64,000 nucleotides of DNA from Rhynchobatus australiae (GCA_034780895.1 JAUZTB010000079.1:13405732-13469731), one strand, 5' to 3'. Positions 22,276 through 36,700 are shown, numbered from the stretch's first letter. Numbers and translations: made by a program. The notes: a model not told the origin generated them from the letters alone.

Positions 22276-25200
22276 CTGTAAGGTAAGTAAAGGAAAACCA
22301 ACTGTCAAATATGGAAAACATTCAGAACCCATGGGATGTTAGTTTATTTGGCCCTCTCCCCAACTATCCAAGAAGGAGAACGCAAGTTCAAATCCCAATG
22401 TACAATTTAATTTCAGTTTAAGTAGTTTGCAAAAGCAAATATGAAGCTACCATTGTGAACTATTTCACCAGTTTTCCTTACTGAAGTGTGCTTATCCAGC
22501 CCATATAATGATTCCAATCCCACATTAAAACAGAGCAATAACTGGCATCTGAAGTGACCTGGCAAGTTGCTCAGTCACGGCCATAAGGGAAGCACAGTAA
22601 ATGTCAACGACACCCCTATTCAAAAACATAAGAGAAATGGGCTATTCTTCATAAACAACAATCTAAACTGAATTAACTGTTCTCTGAAAAATCCATGCAC
22701 TTTTCATACTTGTGCATGGCATTCAAAATTCCATTTCACACTGGTTTAAATCTTGGAAATAATGCAACTCAGTTCTCAAAGTATGGAGATTTTCTTCAGT
22801 GGTGATAGACCAGAGTTGACATATCTGGTGATGGTGCCCCATTACATAAATCAAAAGCTGCATGAACTCAAATAATGCAAGCATGTTGCTAACTGTGCCA
22901 CTCCAGTGGAAAAAATTAACTATACAAAGCCAATGGATCAAATGGATTACTGAAGGCAGCCAGCTGATGCGTGTTTTATCCAGATGACACGGGATAGACA
23001 GGTATTTAATATGGTGAATTCCCTCTCTGATGTATCACACAAATACAAACCAGCTACATCTATGAGAGGGAATGTAAAAATGTCAGTAAGTGGCTAGGCA
23101 CCTCCTGGTTCCTAAGTATCAAGGTGGAATCTGAACTGAAGGAGGTAACCCAATAGCAAGTTCAGGTATCCTTTGCTGGAGCAGTTCAAAAAGCACAGCT
23201 GATTATCCAGTATAATCGTTTTCAATACAATTCTACTTGATGAGTCTGACAAATATAAATACTGGACTCCAATAAACTTCAGGTGAAACTATAACTGTTC
23301 CTTGAGCAGCTGCTTGTAATGAAAACTAGACATTCTTCACGAATCATCAAGGACGGTTATGTGTTGTGGAACTGAAACACTGGGGAATCCAGACAATCTA
23401 AATTAAAACCAAATGCATCATAATTTATATCTCTAAAAAGCTTCAGTGGAAAGCTCAAGCTTCTTATAAAGCAGTGTTGTCGAGACCTTTATGTACATCA
23501 TAAATCGCACACAGGAAATATGCTTCTGGTTTGCATGTGTAGGGACAGAAACTCTCTTTTGAAAAGGTAAGATTATTTGGGATGTGGGGGTGGGAAAGGC
23601 AAGGAAAAAATAGAAAAACAATAGCAACAGGAAATAGTAAGTGCTGCAATCAATAGGATGTGGGTTTACCTGCTCAGTCACTGGTGACCCAACGAAGACT
23701 GCAGCCAAGAGAGCTTCCAGCCAAAAACAAACACGCACAATGAAAAGATGGCAGGAGAGCTGTTCTTGCAGGATATTAAAACAGCTGGCATTAAAGCAGG
23801 TCTCCAGCCTGCACTGTCAGCTGGGGAGAGTGACTGTTCCATACACAGATGAGGAAGTTCCAAGAAAAATTAGAGAGGATGTTTAAAAAAAACAAGCAGA
23901 CTGTTGACGGAATACTCTATTCAAAGTCTTGCAAGCTTATCTACTTCACACAAGTCATCTGTTCTGGGGACTATGACCCACCTAAGTTTATCAGCACAAC
24001 TTTCTGAAGCCAAAAGATCCAATGTTAAATTTTGCTGGTGTCAGAACTTCACAATAAGTGGATAAACAGAATTTCTATTCATGACTGAAAGTGACAAATA
24101 GCTTTTATGAATTACTAAACTATGGAAATATTACATACCACTCATTTTTCAACTAGTGTACGCATTTGCAAGATTCAATACAAGAGTGGAAACAAATTAA
24201 TTTCTGCAATATTTCAGATTTTTCCAGAAGTATTAAGTTTTCAACAACTTGATACAAGTTACATTCTCAGACCCCATACAGGAAGCCAAAGTTCAAATTC
24301 CAGGCTGTCAGCTCCTAACAGCTGATTATCCTTCATTAACAATCTTCATTTCTCAGGGAGCTTATTATTTTCTTGGGGATAAACAAAGGATACCTTCTCT
24401 GGCTTGTGCTGGCTACTTGTATTATTAACCTAGTTCTTTGTCAAGGCACAGGGAAAGCTCCAGCATGTGACCTTTTCACAGCACTTCACCTGTACATCCA
24501 AGCAGACTCTGCAATTCTGAGAGAACACATTACAGTAATCACTAGCTTGCCCTTTATTAACAAAGTGTACATGAGAATTTTAGTACCAGTTGCATGGGAT
24601 TGGTAACTGTGGCTGGTTTCCTCTACCAGTGTAGGTAGTGGTGCATTTATAACCAGAAGCTTAGACCAGCTTAGGGTCTAGAAATTCCACCAGGAATTAA
24701 ACTCACCCTGGCTATTTGGCATCACTAAATGATTAATCAATTCAATCATCAGGGACATTTGAATTTCAATAATGCAACTAAAAAATAATCACCAACTGCC
24801 AGGAAAGCTAAAATATAGTTCCTTTGATATTCTATAAGGCAAGATGCCATGGACCTTAAATAGTATTGATGCACCTGTCAACCCTCACGATTATACTGTT
24901 CCTCATTTCTTTATAATTTCACTCTGCCATGGTAACGTGTGCTTTTCAGCANNNNNNNNNNNNNNNNNNNNNNNNNNNGAGATGACACAACTCATGTCTA
25001 TAGCCTTTAGGGATCGAAACAAATCAGGTGGCTCTCGAAACATACAGTACATATACTTAAATAAAACAAAAGCCATCAGGCTAGTTTATGTTCTCAGCCA
25101 GAGCCTGTTTGCATGCCTCAAGAAATTCTGAATGAGTAGCTCGGACTCAGCACATAAGAATTACACAGCACAATGAAGAATGAGGAAACTGCTACTGTTT

Positions 25201-25472
25201 ACTTAAGCCTAAAAGATACAATTCTGTAAACTACGGGTTGCCAAGGAACAGTGTTCTTAATTCTTAACACGCAACACTGGTTGGTGCGGATGCTTTCCCT
25301 TGGAAAAAATGCAAAACCTACTTTAAAATTTCTGTCACACGAGGACCAAGAGGTCCATGATATGATCAGCAGAGTGAGAAAACCTTGGCTACAATATAAA
25401 TGGTGCAGTGAAGCTGGGGTTGTAAATTCACTCTTCAAAATTATTGTTTTAGAATTCTGTACTTTTTAATGT

Positions 25473-25608
25473 AGAGGTGCATGGATGAGAGAGGTATGGA
25501 GGGCTATGGCCCGGGTTCAGGTAGATGGGACTTAGCAGAAAAATCGGGCCTGCATGGACTAGATTGGACAAAGGGCCCACTTCTGTGCTGTAGTGCTCTG
25601 TGACTATG
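25473..25608 (+). mobile_element. CR1 3' tail fragment
   Basis: catggatgagagaggtatggagggctatggcccggg...aagggcccacttctgtgctgtagtgctctgtgactatg. Confidence 0.65.
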
Positions 25609-28600
25609 TAGTAATATTTGAACCCGAAATGTAATGTTGTGTATCAAAATGCACTTTGAAAAAAACCATTTCTCAAACAGACTGCAAAAAATATCAGAAA
25701 CTGAATTTATCAACTGCAATCAGTGCAAAAGGAACTCAATCAGGTGAGCTACAAGCAAATCTGCCAGTTTTACTGATCACAGGTGCTTTTAGGTTTTGAC
25801 AGTGATGCTTAGTTTGCTCAATAAGGCAGAATATGCACATCAAGAAACATACACTGAGCATATAGCAGACAATTAAAACTGCTGCTCCAATGGTGTTCTC
25901 ATTTCATAACCTACCAAGAAACTGCTAAGTAGCAAAGCATTTCAATCCAAATATTGTTGCAGACTGTTGGATGGATATTGAACACACTTTAAAAAAAATA
26001 CAATTTTACCATATTTTGGTTTTAAGGAAAATGTCCAAAACACAAAACAATTCTGCTTCTGAATTTAGTCAGTCGTAGGAAAGGAAATGCAACAGTCAGA
26101 GCTGCACAATGCACTTCATTCTGTTTGAAGTTTGAAGGCCCAGAAACATTCAGGCCTAAAGCACAATTACAAGAGATATCATGTCCCTTACAATGAAGGC
26201 CATTGCAGCTGCTGCTGATGGCAAATGAATACAAAACATTGTGAGCGAGCTCAGTCTGTACAGTTTGACTCTTAAAATATTAAATAAGCTGATTTATTTT
26301 TGTGCATCTTTCAAATTGTATTGAATCCTGTGGATTAAAGATTAACTTTTGTATGTTATTCCAAACAAACAAATTTGTTGGCATTGGCTTTTCACAGAAT
26401 TTTATGCTCAGTGTTCTTGCCTCTCTTTCCGTTCTGTCAACATCACCCCCGCCCCCATTCCCTGATCCTCTTGTTCCCTCCCTTCCCCTCTGCCAGTCAT
26501 CACTTCTGGATTTGTTCCATTGATATTTCAACATAAACTGTCATTAACATCTTTTATTTCAAATTCTGTTACTCCACCTTCAGCTTCATACAACAGTCAC
26601 TAAAACAACTGACTACAGAATCTGTCCTGTTACAACTGGACCAACAAGGAGGAAAAACAACTAANNNNNNNNNNNNNNNNNNNNNNNNNNNNNNNNNNNN
26701 NNNNNNNNNNNNNNNNNNNNNNNNNNNNNNNNNNNNNNNNNNNNNNNNNNNNNNNNNNNNNNNNCTCCTTTACCATGAAGTCATGCATGATTGGCGACAT
26801 CTCTTCAAAATGGCTCAAACCGGATCACTTAATTGTTTCATGTAATGTGGGTGCCACAGGCAAAGTCAGTATTTAATGGCCATTCGCAATTCACCTTTAA
26901 TTGACTGTTTTAGACAAAGCCATGTACCTTTTTAAAAATTAGCTTTTCTTTAAATACTATTTGGTGGAAATGTTTGGCACAAATGGTTGGCTTCTTTAGC
27001 TATTTAAGGCAGTTAATGGTTAGAGAATTGTTATGACACACTACATTCAAAACATTTCCTTACACTTGCTTTACCCCACCCCACCCACCACCAAAACTTC
27101 AATGCTGTGCTTCCAGTTCTCAAATCATTCCAAAAGGAATGGCCTCCTCTATTTTAACCTATCAGGACTGTGCGCATCTCCATCACATTGCCAATCCTCT
27201 CTGCTTCAGGGATATGAGTTCTTCTTTCTTGATTTTTTTCTTCATTCTCTCTAGGGTCTTTGTATCCTTCAAGTGACTAGAAACAGACAATATTGGTACA
27301 AAATAGGTGAAAAACTTTTGCTGTTGTGGTCCTGGAATAACACATGAACTGGTCCCAAGGACAACAGATTTTCTTCTCCACAGGACATGAAGTGAACTTG
27401 TACTTTTATGGTCACCATTACAGAAGCTAGATTTTAAATCCAGATTTAATAAAGTTCAAATTTCACTCTACTAACTTGCGTCTCCAAATCATTAATCCAA
27501 GCCACTGGATTACTNNNNNNNNNNNNNNNNNNNNNNNNNNNNNNNNNNNNNNNNNNNNNNNNNNNNNNNNNNNNNNNNNNNNNNNNNNNNNNNNNNNNNN
27601 NNNNNNNNNNNNNNNNNNNNNNNNNNNNNNNNNNNNNNNNNNNNNNNNNNNNNNNNNNNNNNNNNNNNNNNNNNNNNNNNNNNNNNNNNNNNNNNNNNNN
27701 NNNNNNNNNNNNNNNNNNNNNNNNNNNNNNNNNNNNNNNNNNNNNNNNNNNNNNNNNNNNNNNNNNNNNNNNNNNNNNNNNNNNNNNNNNNNNNNNNNNN
27801 NNNNNNNNNNNNNNNNNNNNNNNNNNNNNNNNNNNNNNNNNNNNNNNNNACTCCAACTGGATTGAAAGGAAAAGTTTAGAAAATATTAAATTGTTTGGGC
27901 TTACAAGGCCAATGCAATGCAAAGGCATAATTCACCAACTTTAAATTCCGGACTAGTGGGTCAGCTCTGATGTGCTTGCTTAAAAGTTTTTTTTTAAAAA
28001 GTCTTCCTATTTTGGAATAGCAGTATCACCAGGAAAATTAAATACCAACAGGGCTGTGCCAAAAAGGAACTGCTTGAATTCAGCTGAATTTGACAATTAT
28101 GCTAATTTTTCCTGGAGTTCCTCCATCCCCCCCCCCCCACCCCACGTGCTTCAAAGGTTTGGAAGAGTTAATTTGGTTTGTCTAACATCCTACATAAACA
28201 ATGCAATAATAAGTTACATGTGATTAAAATCCAAATTAATTTGTTTAATTTAGATGTCAAGGTAGGTGGCGCTCTTGATTTACATTGCAAGAGATGCATC
28301 ACTTGCAATTCAACTGCACTGAATGGGTTCAATAAAAGTCCAGGGCTTGTATATAAACAAGCTACAAAGCACCGATTTAGTCACGTTGTATTTCATTCAC
28401 CAAGAACGATACAGAATTTACTAAGTTTGGATCACAAGTTGTTATACTGGGAGGGCAAAATATAGGATAAGCATCGCATACTGGCATGGGAGAGAGTCAT
28501 AAATGCAGTTAACTTTTGGCATTAAATGTCACACCTCCTTGGTCTGTCTCACACAATCCAGTTCTCCAGTATGACTGAAAGGATTCCAGAGCTAGTGTGG

Positions 28601-31600
28601 TATAACCTGTTCAGACCAGAGATGACTGGCATGGTACAAGCATATGCTCATAATGGTAAGGTGCAGAGAGCTGCTAGTGCGATGGCCCTATTCAGTCAAT
28701 GTTGTATCCAGAGGTGTTCATACTTCAGAAAGGAGGCACCCATCTCCCCCCTCCACAAGGCTTTTGAGTGACTCCCATATCTGTGGGGTAGGGCTGGAGG
28801 CATGGGAAGGATGAGGAATTTCATACCACGGCAGCACATGTTGGGCAGTATGGGGTGGAATTGGAACTATACTGGGTGTGGCACATGCAATTAATTGTCT
28901 TAACATGGCCCTTCAAACTCCAAATGCTTTGTACATCCTGTCAATAACAACCAAGGCCTCACCTAGCATTCTGCTAAAATCCCAAGGCCAAAATACATGC
29001 AATGATGCAGAAGGTGGTTCAAGATATTAGGCTGTCACATTGTGCTTTACAGCCAAGTACTCTTGAAGTATAGTTATTATGCTTTAAAGTTCACTGAAAA
29101 CTGTTGAGCAAACATTACCTTCACTGTGCAACAACTCATAAAAAAATTGAAGGGGCAGCACCAATGTGGCTTTCAACCTCAAAAGCCCTAATTCTGTCAA
29201 ATGGAACATCCTCCTCTAATACAGGGTCCAGGAGAAAACAGTCTTCATTTCACATTTGCTTCATGAAGGCACGCAAGCCACAATCCCAACAGGTCCACAT
29301 CAGAACTAAACCTTAGTGAAGGCCCTGCCCAGGCAAGCATCCCCAGCATTGTAGCCCTAATCATACTCAGTCACCAGACCATGTTATTCACATGCCTGCA
29401 TACCAACTCCCAAAACAGATACACTAGTCCAAGCTTCAAACTTTGTCATGGCAACAGATTACTAGGTGGACAGAGGGAGATTTGGGGGAGGGGGAAGATG
29501 GGTGGAAAATGCAACATCCTCAACAATTCGTGAGAACAATTTGCCAAAGACCGTTTAAAGTGGAGAGCAGCAACAAGAACAGAGGCCATGTATCAGATGT
29601 GCACAGAGTCCAGTGTAAATGACAGAATAAATGCACCATATCAGTCTATCCAATCACCCATGTTACCATCTGCACTTTGAGTCTACATGTCCCCTCAACA
29701 GTCACTTCAAAACCCAGAGAAATGGAGTGGCATCCTTGATCCTGGGGGACTGCCTGAGGTTTGTTGCAATATAGGAAACACAGCAAGGTCCTCCAAAAGG
29801 CAATTTGTTAATTACTAGTTTTTGTTTTAAATGTTCTGCTTTGAACAACACCATGAGATCTTGCATGCACAGCTGAGTAGAGAGGGCGCCGATTTAATAA
29901 ACAACATCTCCAACAAAAAAAAGAATCAAAAAGACCTACTTAGCAAACCAGTAGAGAATTCATAGGGTTAAGATCAAAATATTCGACCATAAGTAGGTGG
30001 CCCTTGGAAGCAGTGTCTGAATGCCACAGCCTCCAATTGACTGAAATCTACTAAATGTCCCTGTCTTTTAAACAGTGAAAGCATATCAAAAATACTGCAG
30101 GAATTCACAAGATAAAAGACAAAATTATTCTACTGCACAATGTTGAAAGTTAATCATGAGCAGAAATTAAAGGGCAGTAAGCATCCTAAAAAGAGAACCA
30201 GGACTGCAGAAAGAGGTTCAAATAAAGGCTTCTTTATGCGATGTTCTGTACTGGAGTACTACTGAAGGATATTTAAGTTTTACGAGGACACCACAAACTG
30301 TTTGACAAACTTTGGTGCTGATAAGTTGAAAATAGGAGAGAGGAGCTAAACCTGCCACTTGTACAGAAAAAAACACTCAAAGATTTGAGGGATTAATTCT
30401 TTGGTAGAAGATTCTATGGCCGTAGTTCCTTTCGAATTCTAGAAATATCAATGTACAATTCGTTGATGCCATTTTAAATTTTATAGCTAGTCCTGTTGAA
30501 GCTATTCAGACTTACAATTTAAGCTCTACTTTTCCAAGTAAAAGCATCACAAAATCTTCCAAATTTGAGAGATACATCATTACAAAATACATCTATTCAC
30601 CCTCATGGTATTCATAATGTTCAAAAACAAGTTTTAGTCTAACAAATCTAAGCTTTTGTAGATTTCAAAAGTGATCTTGCTTCATACGTTTTCCTACATG
30701 GCAGTTCGGGTAATCAATAGCATACTTACCTTTGGGCTGAACTTTGAAATCCATTAGGGAAATCTGACGCCATTGCAGCACCATGCTGTTGTTCTCAGAT
30801 GGGGCACTGAAATAAGGTGCCATCTACCTAACTGAATGGTTCAAAAAGGGAACAATGCCTCCAATATTTAAATTCGTGAAGAAAGTCCATTCAAACAAAG
30901 ATGAGCCTTCAGCACATGGGTCCCAGTTAAGAGCAAAGCTTAATGCTTCTGAATAGAAGGGAATAGAACACAGGAGAAAGCTCTCCTGAGTGCTATTGGT
31001 TCAAGCACTAATGCAAGTTCAGCACTTACAAATCCTCAGATGTTGTGCGCCATAGACTACAACCTGCAATATTAGTGTTATGAAGGTATTCCTCCATTTA
31101 AATAGCAGAAGCTAAATATACGAAAAGATTCTGACCTACAATAAGTGGCAAATCAGTAGGAAATATAGAAAGGTTAAAACCTTGTTCCATTTTCTGGCTT
31201 GGTTTACATGCATATCCATGGTTCGGTGGGGAAGAAATAAAAGTGTTTTTAACCATCACTGAAAAAGCAATAATTGCTAAACCTGCTTCAACTGTACAAT
31301 CATGCAATGCATTTGAAGCAAACACAAACTTTGATTTGCCATGCAAGGAATCAACCCAATAATTTTATCAAAGCTGACTAGGTATGAAGATATCTCGATA
31401 GGATTTCAATCGAAATGCTTAGCAACACACTACTTTTCGGTCAACATTTGTTATGCCTATTGTTTAAACAAGATCTGTTAACCATGCCTTTATTACATTT
31501 GATAACATTATCTGCAATGTTCTTATCAAGAGTTTATTGTACACAAGCATAATTTTTCCATTCTCAGCTTAAAAATTGCTGAGTGCCTTTAATGTACTAG

Positions 31601-32399
31601 CTTCAATTTAAAATGTAATTCATTATATAGGTTATTGAGAATAAAGAAATGCCCAGGGTGATCGCCATTAAGGAAAGGTAATCGTATTTCAATTGTATTA
31701 TTTAAATCCAGTCTTGCCATTAAACTTATAATATTGAAAAAAAAGTAATAAGGAATGGATCGGGGACATCACCTTGAATACTACAGGGTGAGCTCACACA
31801 AGATAGATCAGCAAATTGTTCCTGATGTCAACAATGACCCACTTTATAGTACAGGGATTTTGTGAAAGACATCAGCAAACTTGGAGCACTTTGTTTTATT
31901 TAATAGAACTTGCAGCATTAATCAGTTAGGATAATGCCAGGTGTACATAATTCAATCACTTGCACATGCAATTCCTGATATTTAACTGTTTTTAATCTAT
32001 AACGCTGAAGTATTTTAATGTATCATGATCCTAATATACACATGCAAACACTACAAGTTTCAATCCAAGTAAAATTTCCCAAATTAGAAAAATAACTGTT
32101 GAGCCAAAACTTTGGAAACTCACCACTGAACAGCATATGGAAGTACCCATACTACAACTTGCATCTTTTGCTCAAGGGCACAATAGGATGGCTAGTAAAT
32201 GGTAGTCTTACCAGCCATATCCACATCCTAGAAATTAATAAACAACAATATACATACACATATCTTTGTTATTGGATTATAGCAGTAACAGAGTTATGCA
32301 CCCTTCTTAGAGAGTCCATCAGGTTCAAAGAAAACCTACTTCCACTCCAATTTTGCAGTTTCTCAGGCCAATAAGGACACTAGATTCCTCCATTGAAAA

Positions 32400-32930
32400 T
32401 GTGTCATATAAAGGAGCGGGGGCACAGTTTATGAGGTGGTGCAATCCTTCCCTGGTTTCTGTGGGCCTCTGTACTCCTGATGCATGGGCTTCAGGTCCTC
32501 AATATTATCTCAAATCGGTGCCTCTCCACCTTGAGCATTCAAGGACCCCAGATTCCCAAGATTCAGAGGGGATGCTACATTTTTGAACACATCCTTGAAC
32601 CTCTTCCTCTGAGGCTGGTAATCTTTCTGACAGATCCCTGACAGATCCTTGGTTTCCTGTCATATTGGTTCCCCTTGCCCCTGGATTAAAACCTTGCCCT
32701 GTCATGTTTGGGAAGTGGAATGTCTGGATCCTCATAGACAATGCAAGCAGCAACATATCTGAATACTGTTCTGCTGTTCTAGCTCAGGAACTCAGACTTA
32801 AGACAATGAAGACAGCTGTAAATGAGACACAATGGACAGGAGATGGTCAGTTTAAAGTCCCCAGTAAGCACATCTTCTGAAGGGGACAAACCAGAAGAGG
32901 AGAGAAAGTTTCACTACTAGGAATGAGCTC
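32400..32930 (+). mobile_element. RTE-clade LINE 5' fragment (5' UTR plus start of the AP endonuclease)
   Basis: ORF 32665-32880 has MFGKWNVWILIDN...SAVLAQELR...TAVNETQWTGDGQFK, matching the RTE APE N-terminal pattern (G.WNVRTL.D...A..AREL...AALSETR..GEGQL). Confidence 0.7.
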
Positions 32931-34836
32931 GTCTGGCATCCAGTAATTACTGCTATGCATGTGTTGTGCCTCACTGCTCACTCCAATAAGGAATCAACAC
33001 ACTAGTGTCATCAGTGCAAACAGCCAACCCCTGAAGCAACTGATGAGGCATAGAAGGATCTTTATTATGACTAAAGTAATTACGTTTTGTATCTCAAATC
33101 AAGATATACTAATCATCCTGGCAAGTTCATCACCACAGAGAGGGGGAAAAAAACTCAACCCCTCGAGCAAGGAAGCAGGAAAAGCCAATTCCTTTTTGAT
33201 CATTTAAAAAAAATTCCTAAAGACAAACTTTTACAGTAGAAGCAAATACTGGATATACTAATGACAGCAAGTCAACCTAATGTAATCAACTCAGAGGAGC
33301 TGGTGGAAGGTTTGGGAGTTTGGTGCTGTGGGGGGGGGGGGGCAAGTAAAAAAAAATCCAGACAAATAATGCCACAAAACCTTTCAATAAAAAAAACTTC
33401 CTGCAAGAGCAGTAGTGAACAAGACAATGTTTAAATCAATCATGGGCTAGATTTTTTATATGACAGGATTACACGGCAGTAGATTTTAGTTTTCTTGGTT
33501 AAGAAAAAATGGTATTTCTGGAATTGGATGCAAATTTATGCCAGTGCTATGCTAAGTGCGAGTGACTTGGCACCAGTTTTGAAATGTTGATCATTTTTCC
33601 AAAAACACAAATCTGCATTAATGGCATTGCTAAACAGTAATGTCCATATGAGTGCAAAGGTACATTTTTTTCGTTTGTCATTTGCCAACAAGGATACATT
33701 ATGATATAGTCTGTTAGGTGGTGCTGATATACCATGACACATTGCAGTCATCCATGGTTTGGGATATCAGCTCATTAGTAATAAACAATTGCAGGTAGGA
33801 ATGTTGTCACACATATAGCATTGCTACACAGACGTGCAAAATTGTGTCCCAAGGCTGTGAAAACANNNNNNNNNNNNNNNNNNNNNNNNNNNNNNNNNNN
33901 NNNNNNNNNNNNNNNNNNNNNNNNNNNNNNNNNNNNNNNNNNNNNNNNNNNNNNNNNNNNNNNNNNNNNNNNNNNNNNNNNNNNNNNNNNNNNNNNNNNN
34001 NNNNNNNNNNNNNNNNNNNNNNNNNNNNNNNNNNNNNNNNNNNNAAAGCACTTGATGGATACCAGTTTAAACAGGCCATCTTGATCGAAGGAGTACTGCA
34101 GAGCTGAAATGGGTTTTCTAGCTACTTGCAGTGTAGGGGAACATTGTAAAATATTTTATAAACAATGTTATAGTTGTCACATTGGGGCATCGTCTTATGT
34201 CAAACTAATTTGGGGAGTGAGGAATCTGGCAAGTACTCTGTTGGATTTACCCTGTCACACAATCAAAGAAAATGCATCACAATGCAATTCTTTCACAAGT
34301 CCTCAAATAAATGGTTGGCAAACACATTTCCTTCCCCCTCACCCCAAAAAAATCAAGCCTCAGTTTCAAGTTATTAAATCCCCTTTTGACAGTGTGTTTA
34401 GGACACAAGTTTTGAAGAACTTCATAGGTCCAAATAGTTGGCAGAAGAGAGTTCTATTTGCGAATCATGTATTCAGAAATTTGTTGAAACAGGTTACTTA
34501 ACTAGTTTGGTAACAGAGGAGACAAACTGACAATTATTCCCAGCTGCCACTTCAGAAATTTTGCAAATTTCACCTCAGGCAATTATTTCTAATCAATGTG
34601 TAGGATTTCAACATGGCACAGACGTTTGGCTCAAATCCACATTATGGGTAAGCTACTAAAGATAGATTATCCAAGAAACCAACTATTTGAAAACTTTCAA
34701 AAGGTTAAATATTACATAATGAATTTTATAATCCATAATAGTCATGGGAAATAATCAACTATTTTACCTTGACCACATTATCAGACCATCTTACAATGTC
34801 CAATTTTGAATAATTTTACTGGCATTTCACAACCTT

Positions 34837-34919
34837 AAAATTAACAGCACAATAGAACATAAGCATTGCTGTTGCACATTAGCACAGCAATGCTTAGATT
34901 CTATTGTGCTGTTAATTTT
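34837..34919. repeat. Near-perfect inverted repeat (36-bp arms, 11-nt loop)
   Basis: aaaattaacagcacaatagaacataagcattgctgt-tgcacattagc-acagcaatgcttagattctattgtgctgttaatttt; 34 of 36 positions are Watson-Crick pairs. Confidence 0.95.
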
Positions 34920-35444
34920 GTTGCTTTCCATATTCATTTCCAGATTTACTTGTTGTAAAATTTGATTGGATACTTCGTGGTATTGTTTTATACTTATGGC
35001 TTCTCAGCTCGCCTTTAACACTAATTGAGTTTTTCCTCTTAAATCATCCACACTCTCCTCACAGCCACAATTAATTTCAGCAGTTTTGCATCTCAACATT
35101 AGCCCTTTGATCAGGTTACTTTGTCAACCTCACTTCCTTTGAGTCTTCTCTATTGATTTCTTCCTTTACCCAACTTTAGGTCCTCAGTTCGCTTCTTTTC
35201 CTGCTCTGCAATTACTTTAATGCCCTTTCACTTGTTTTATCACTCCACAGTCAAACATTTTTTTAAAAGTACACTTACCTCAGACTACTGAGGGACAAGG
35301 GAGTCTGAGTACAAAGAGTAAGGGCGAGAGTTCATTGCAATGACAACATGAAAAGATTCTCACTTCACTAACCCAATGAAAGACAAATGAAGAGAACTGT
35401 CACGAGGGTGCTTTTGTTTACACCAATCAGTAAACAGAAGGCAC

Positions 35445-35620
35445 CTTGTTGTCTGCCTGCACTTTCTCTGTAATTGTATCACTTTGTTCTGCATTTTGTT
35501 ATTGTTTTCCCTTGTACTAACTCAATGCACTAATGTGATGAAATGATCTGAATGGATGGCATGCAAAACAAAGTTTTTCACTGTACCTTGGTACATGTGA
35601 CAATAATATAGCAATTTACG
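35445..35620 (+). mobile_element. Rex1/Babar 3' tail
   Basis: ttgtctgcctgcactttctctgtaa...ggatggcatgcaaaacaaagtttttcactgtaccttggtacatgtgacaataa. Confidence 0.7.
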
Positions 35621-36344
35621 AACAGCACAAGCTCACTTCTCATTATCGTGCTAGTCAAGAAATGCTAATTCAGCGACTTGTCCTATAAACTGTGTCCAAT
35701 AATTTCAATAGCTATTGTATATATTCTTACACTTTTCATATTTTATACAAAGTCCTGACTGAAATTTTGCCAGTACTGAAGAATCCTGTACATGGTGGTA
35801 ATTGTGCCTTAGATAGAATTTACAAAAATCCCCGGTAAAATTCAATTGTGCTTTAGCCTTACAGCTTTCATTGCATTGCAAAAGTATCTACAGTACACAG
35901 CACTGGACCCATGGTTCATTCATAGCTCCATCTGTTATTAAGGGATAAAGATTGGTTATAAATATGAAAGCATTTCTTAGTTGTCATTATTGCTCTTGTG
36001 CAAAATGAATTTCCTCCTGGGAGTCAAAACAGCAAATTCCTGCTGCAGATTCGCCAATTAAAAACAGCCTAATCACAATCCAGTTCAAATACTGATTCAA
36101 TTAATCTTGCCTTATCAGAGCTGCTCTCTATTTACTGAAGTGTTAAAATGAAGGTTCGTTCTGTTCTAATGATTAGGGTGGAAAAAGCATAGTCACATTA
36201 CCAATTATTGCCCAATTATCCTCCCTCAGTCAATAATACAAAAAGTCACATTGGTTGGTTTTTCATCCTTGTGCTATTAATGAGACTTTGAAAGTTCCAA
36301 GTAACTGGCACACTTAATTTCAACTGTGCAGAGGAATTAAATAA

Positions 36345-36700
36345 AGTTGCATTTATATTGTGCTTTCCATGAACCCACCAGAGCATTATAGACAAAACTG
36401 TACTTCTAAAGCATGGTCCCTGGTGTAATGAAGGAGCCAAATTGTGCACAGCAAGCTCCCACAAAGAGCAATGTGATAATGCCCACCAAATCTCATGTTA
36501 AGCTCTTAATTGAGGGGTAAGATTTACATCCAAAGTATCAGAAAGAGCTCCAATTTGATGTCTTGTTGACAGGATGACATGGAGTGCAGCACTCCTCAGC
36601 ACCTTGAAACATCAGTCTGTACTTTGTGTTCAAACGTCTAGCATGACATTTTTCCCCACAACCATCTCAATGGTGGAGAGTTACCCACTGAGCTACAATT
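36345..36700 (-). mobile_element. Deu-domain SINE
   Basis: gccaaattgtgcacagcaagctcccacaaagagcaatgtgataat...gtgcagcactcctcagcac is the reverse of the Deu-SINE body. Confidence 0.65.

Noticed and set aside
28029-28115. ccaggaaaatta...taatttttcctgg ends with an internal aattcagctgaatt palindrome
   Set aside because: Short imperfect termini, no TSD and no second copy seen; I cannot support a MITE call.
33008-33136. Minus-strand GTGATGA...CTGA as a C/D box snoRNA
   Set aside because: No convincing terminal stem or recognisable rRNA/snRNA guide, and such boxes are common by chance.
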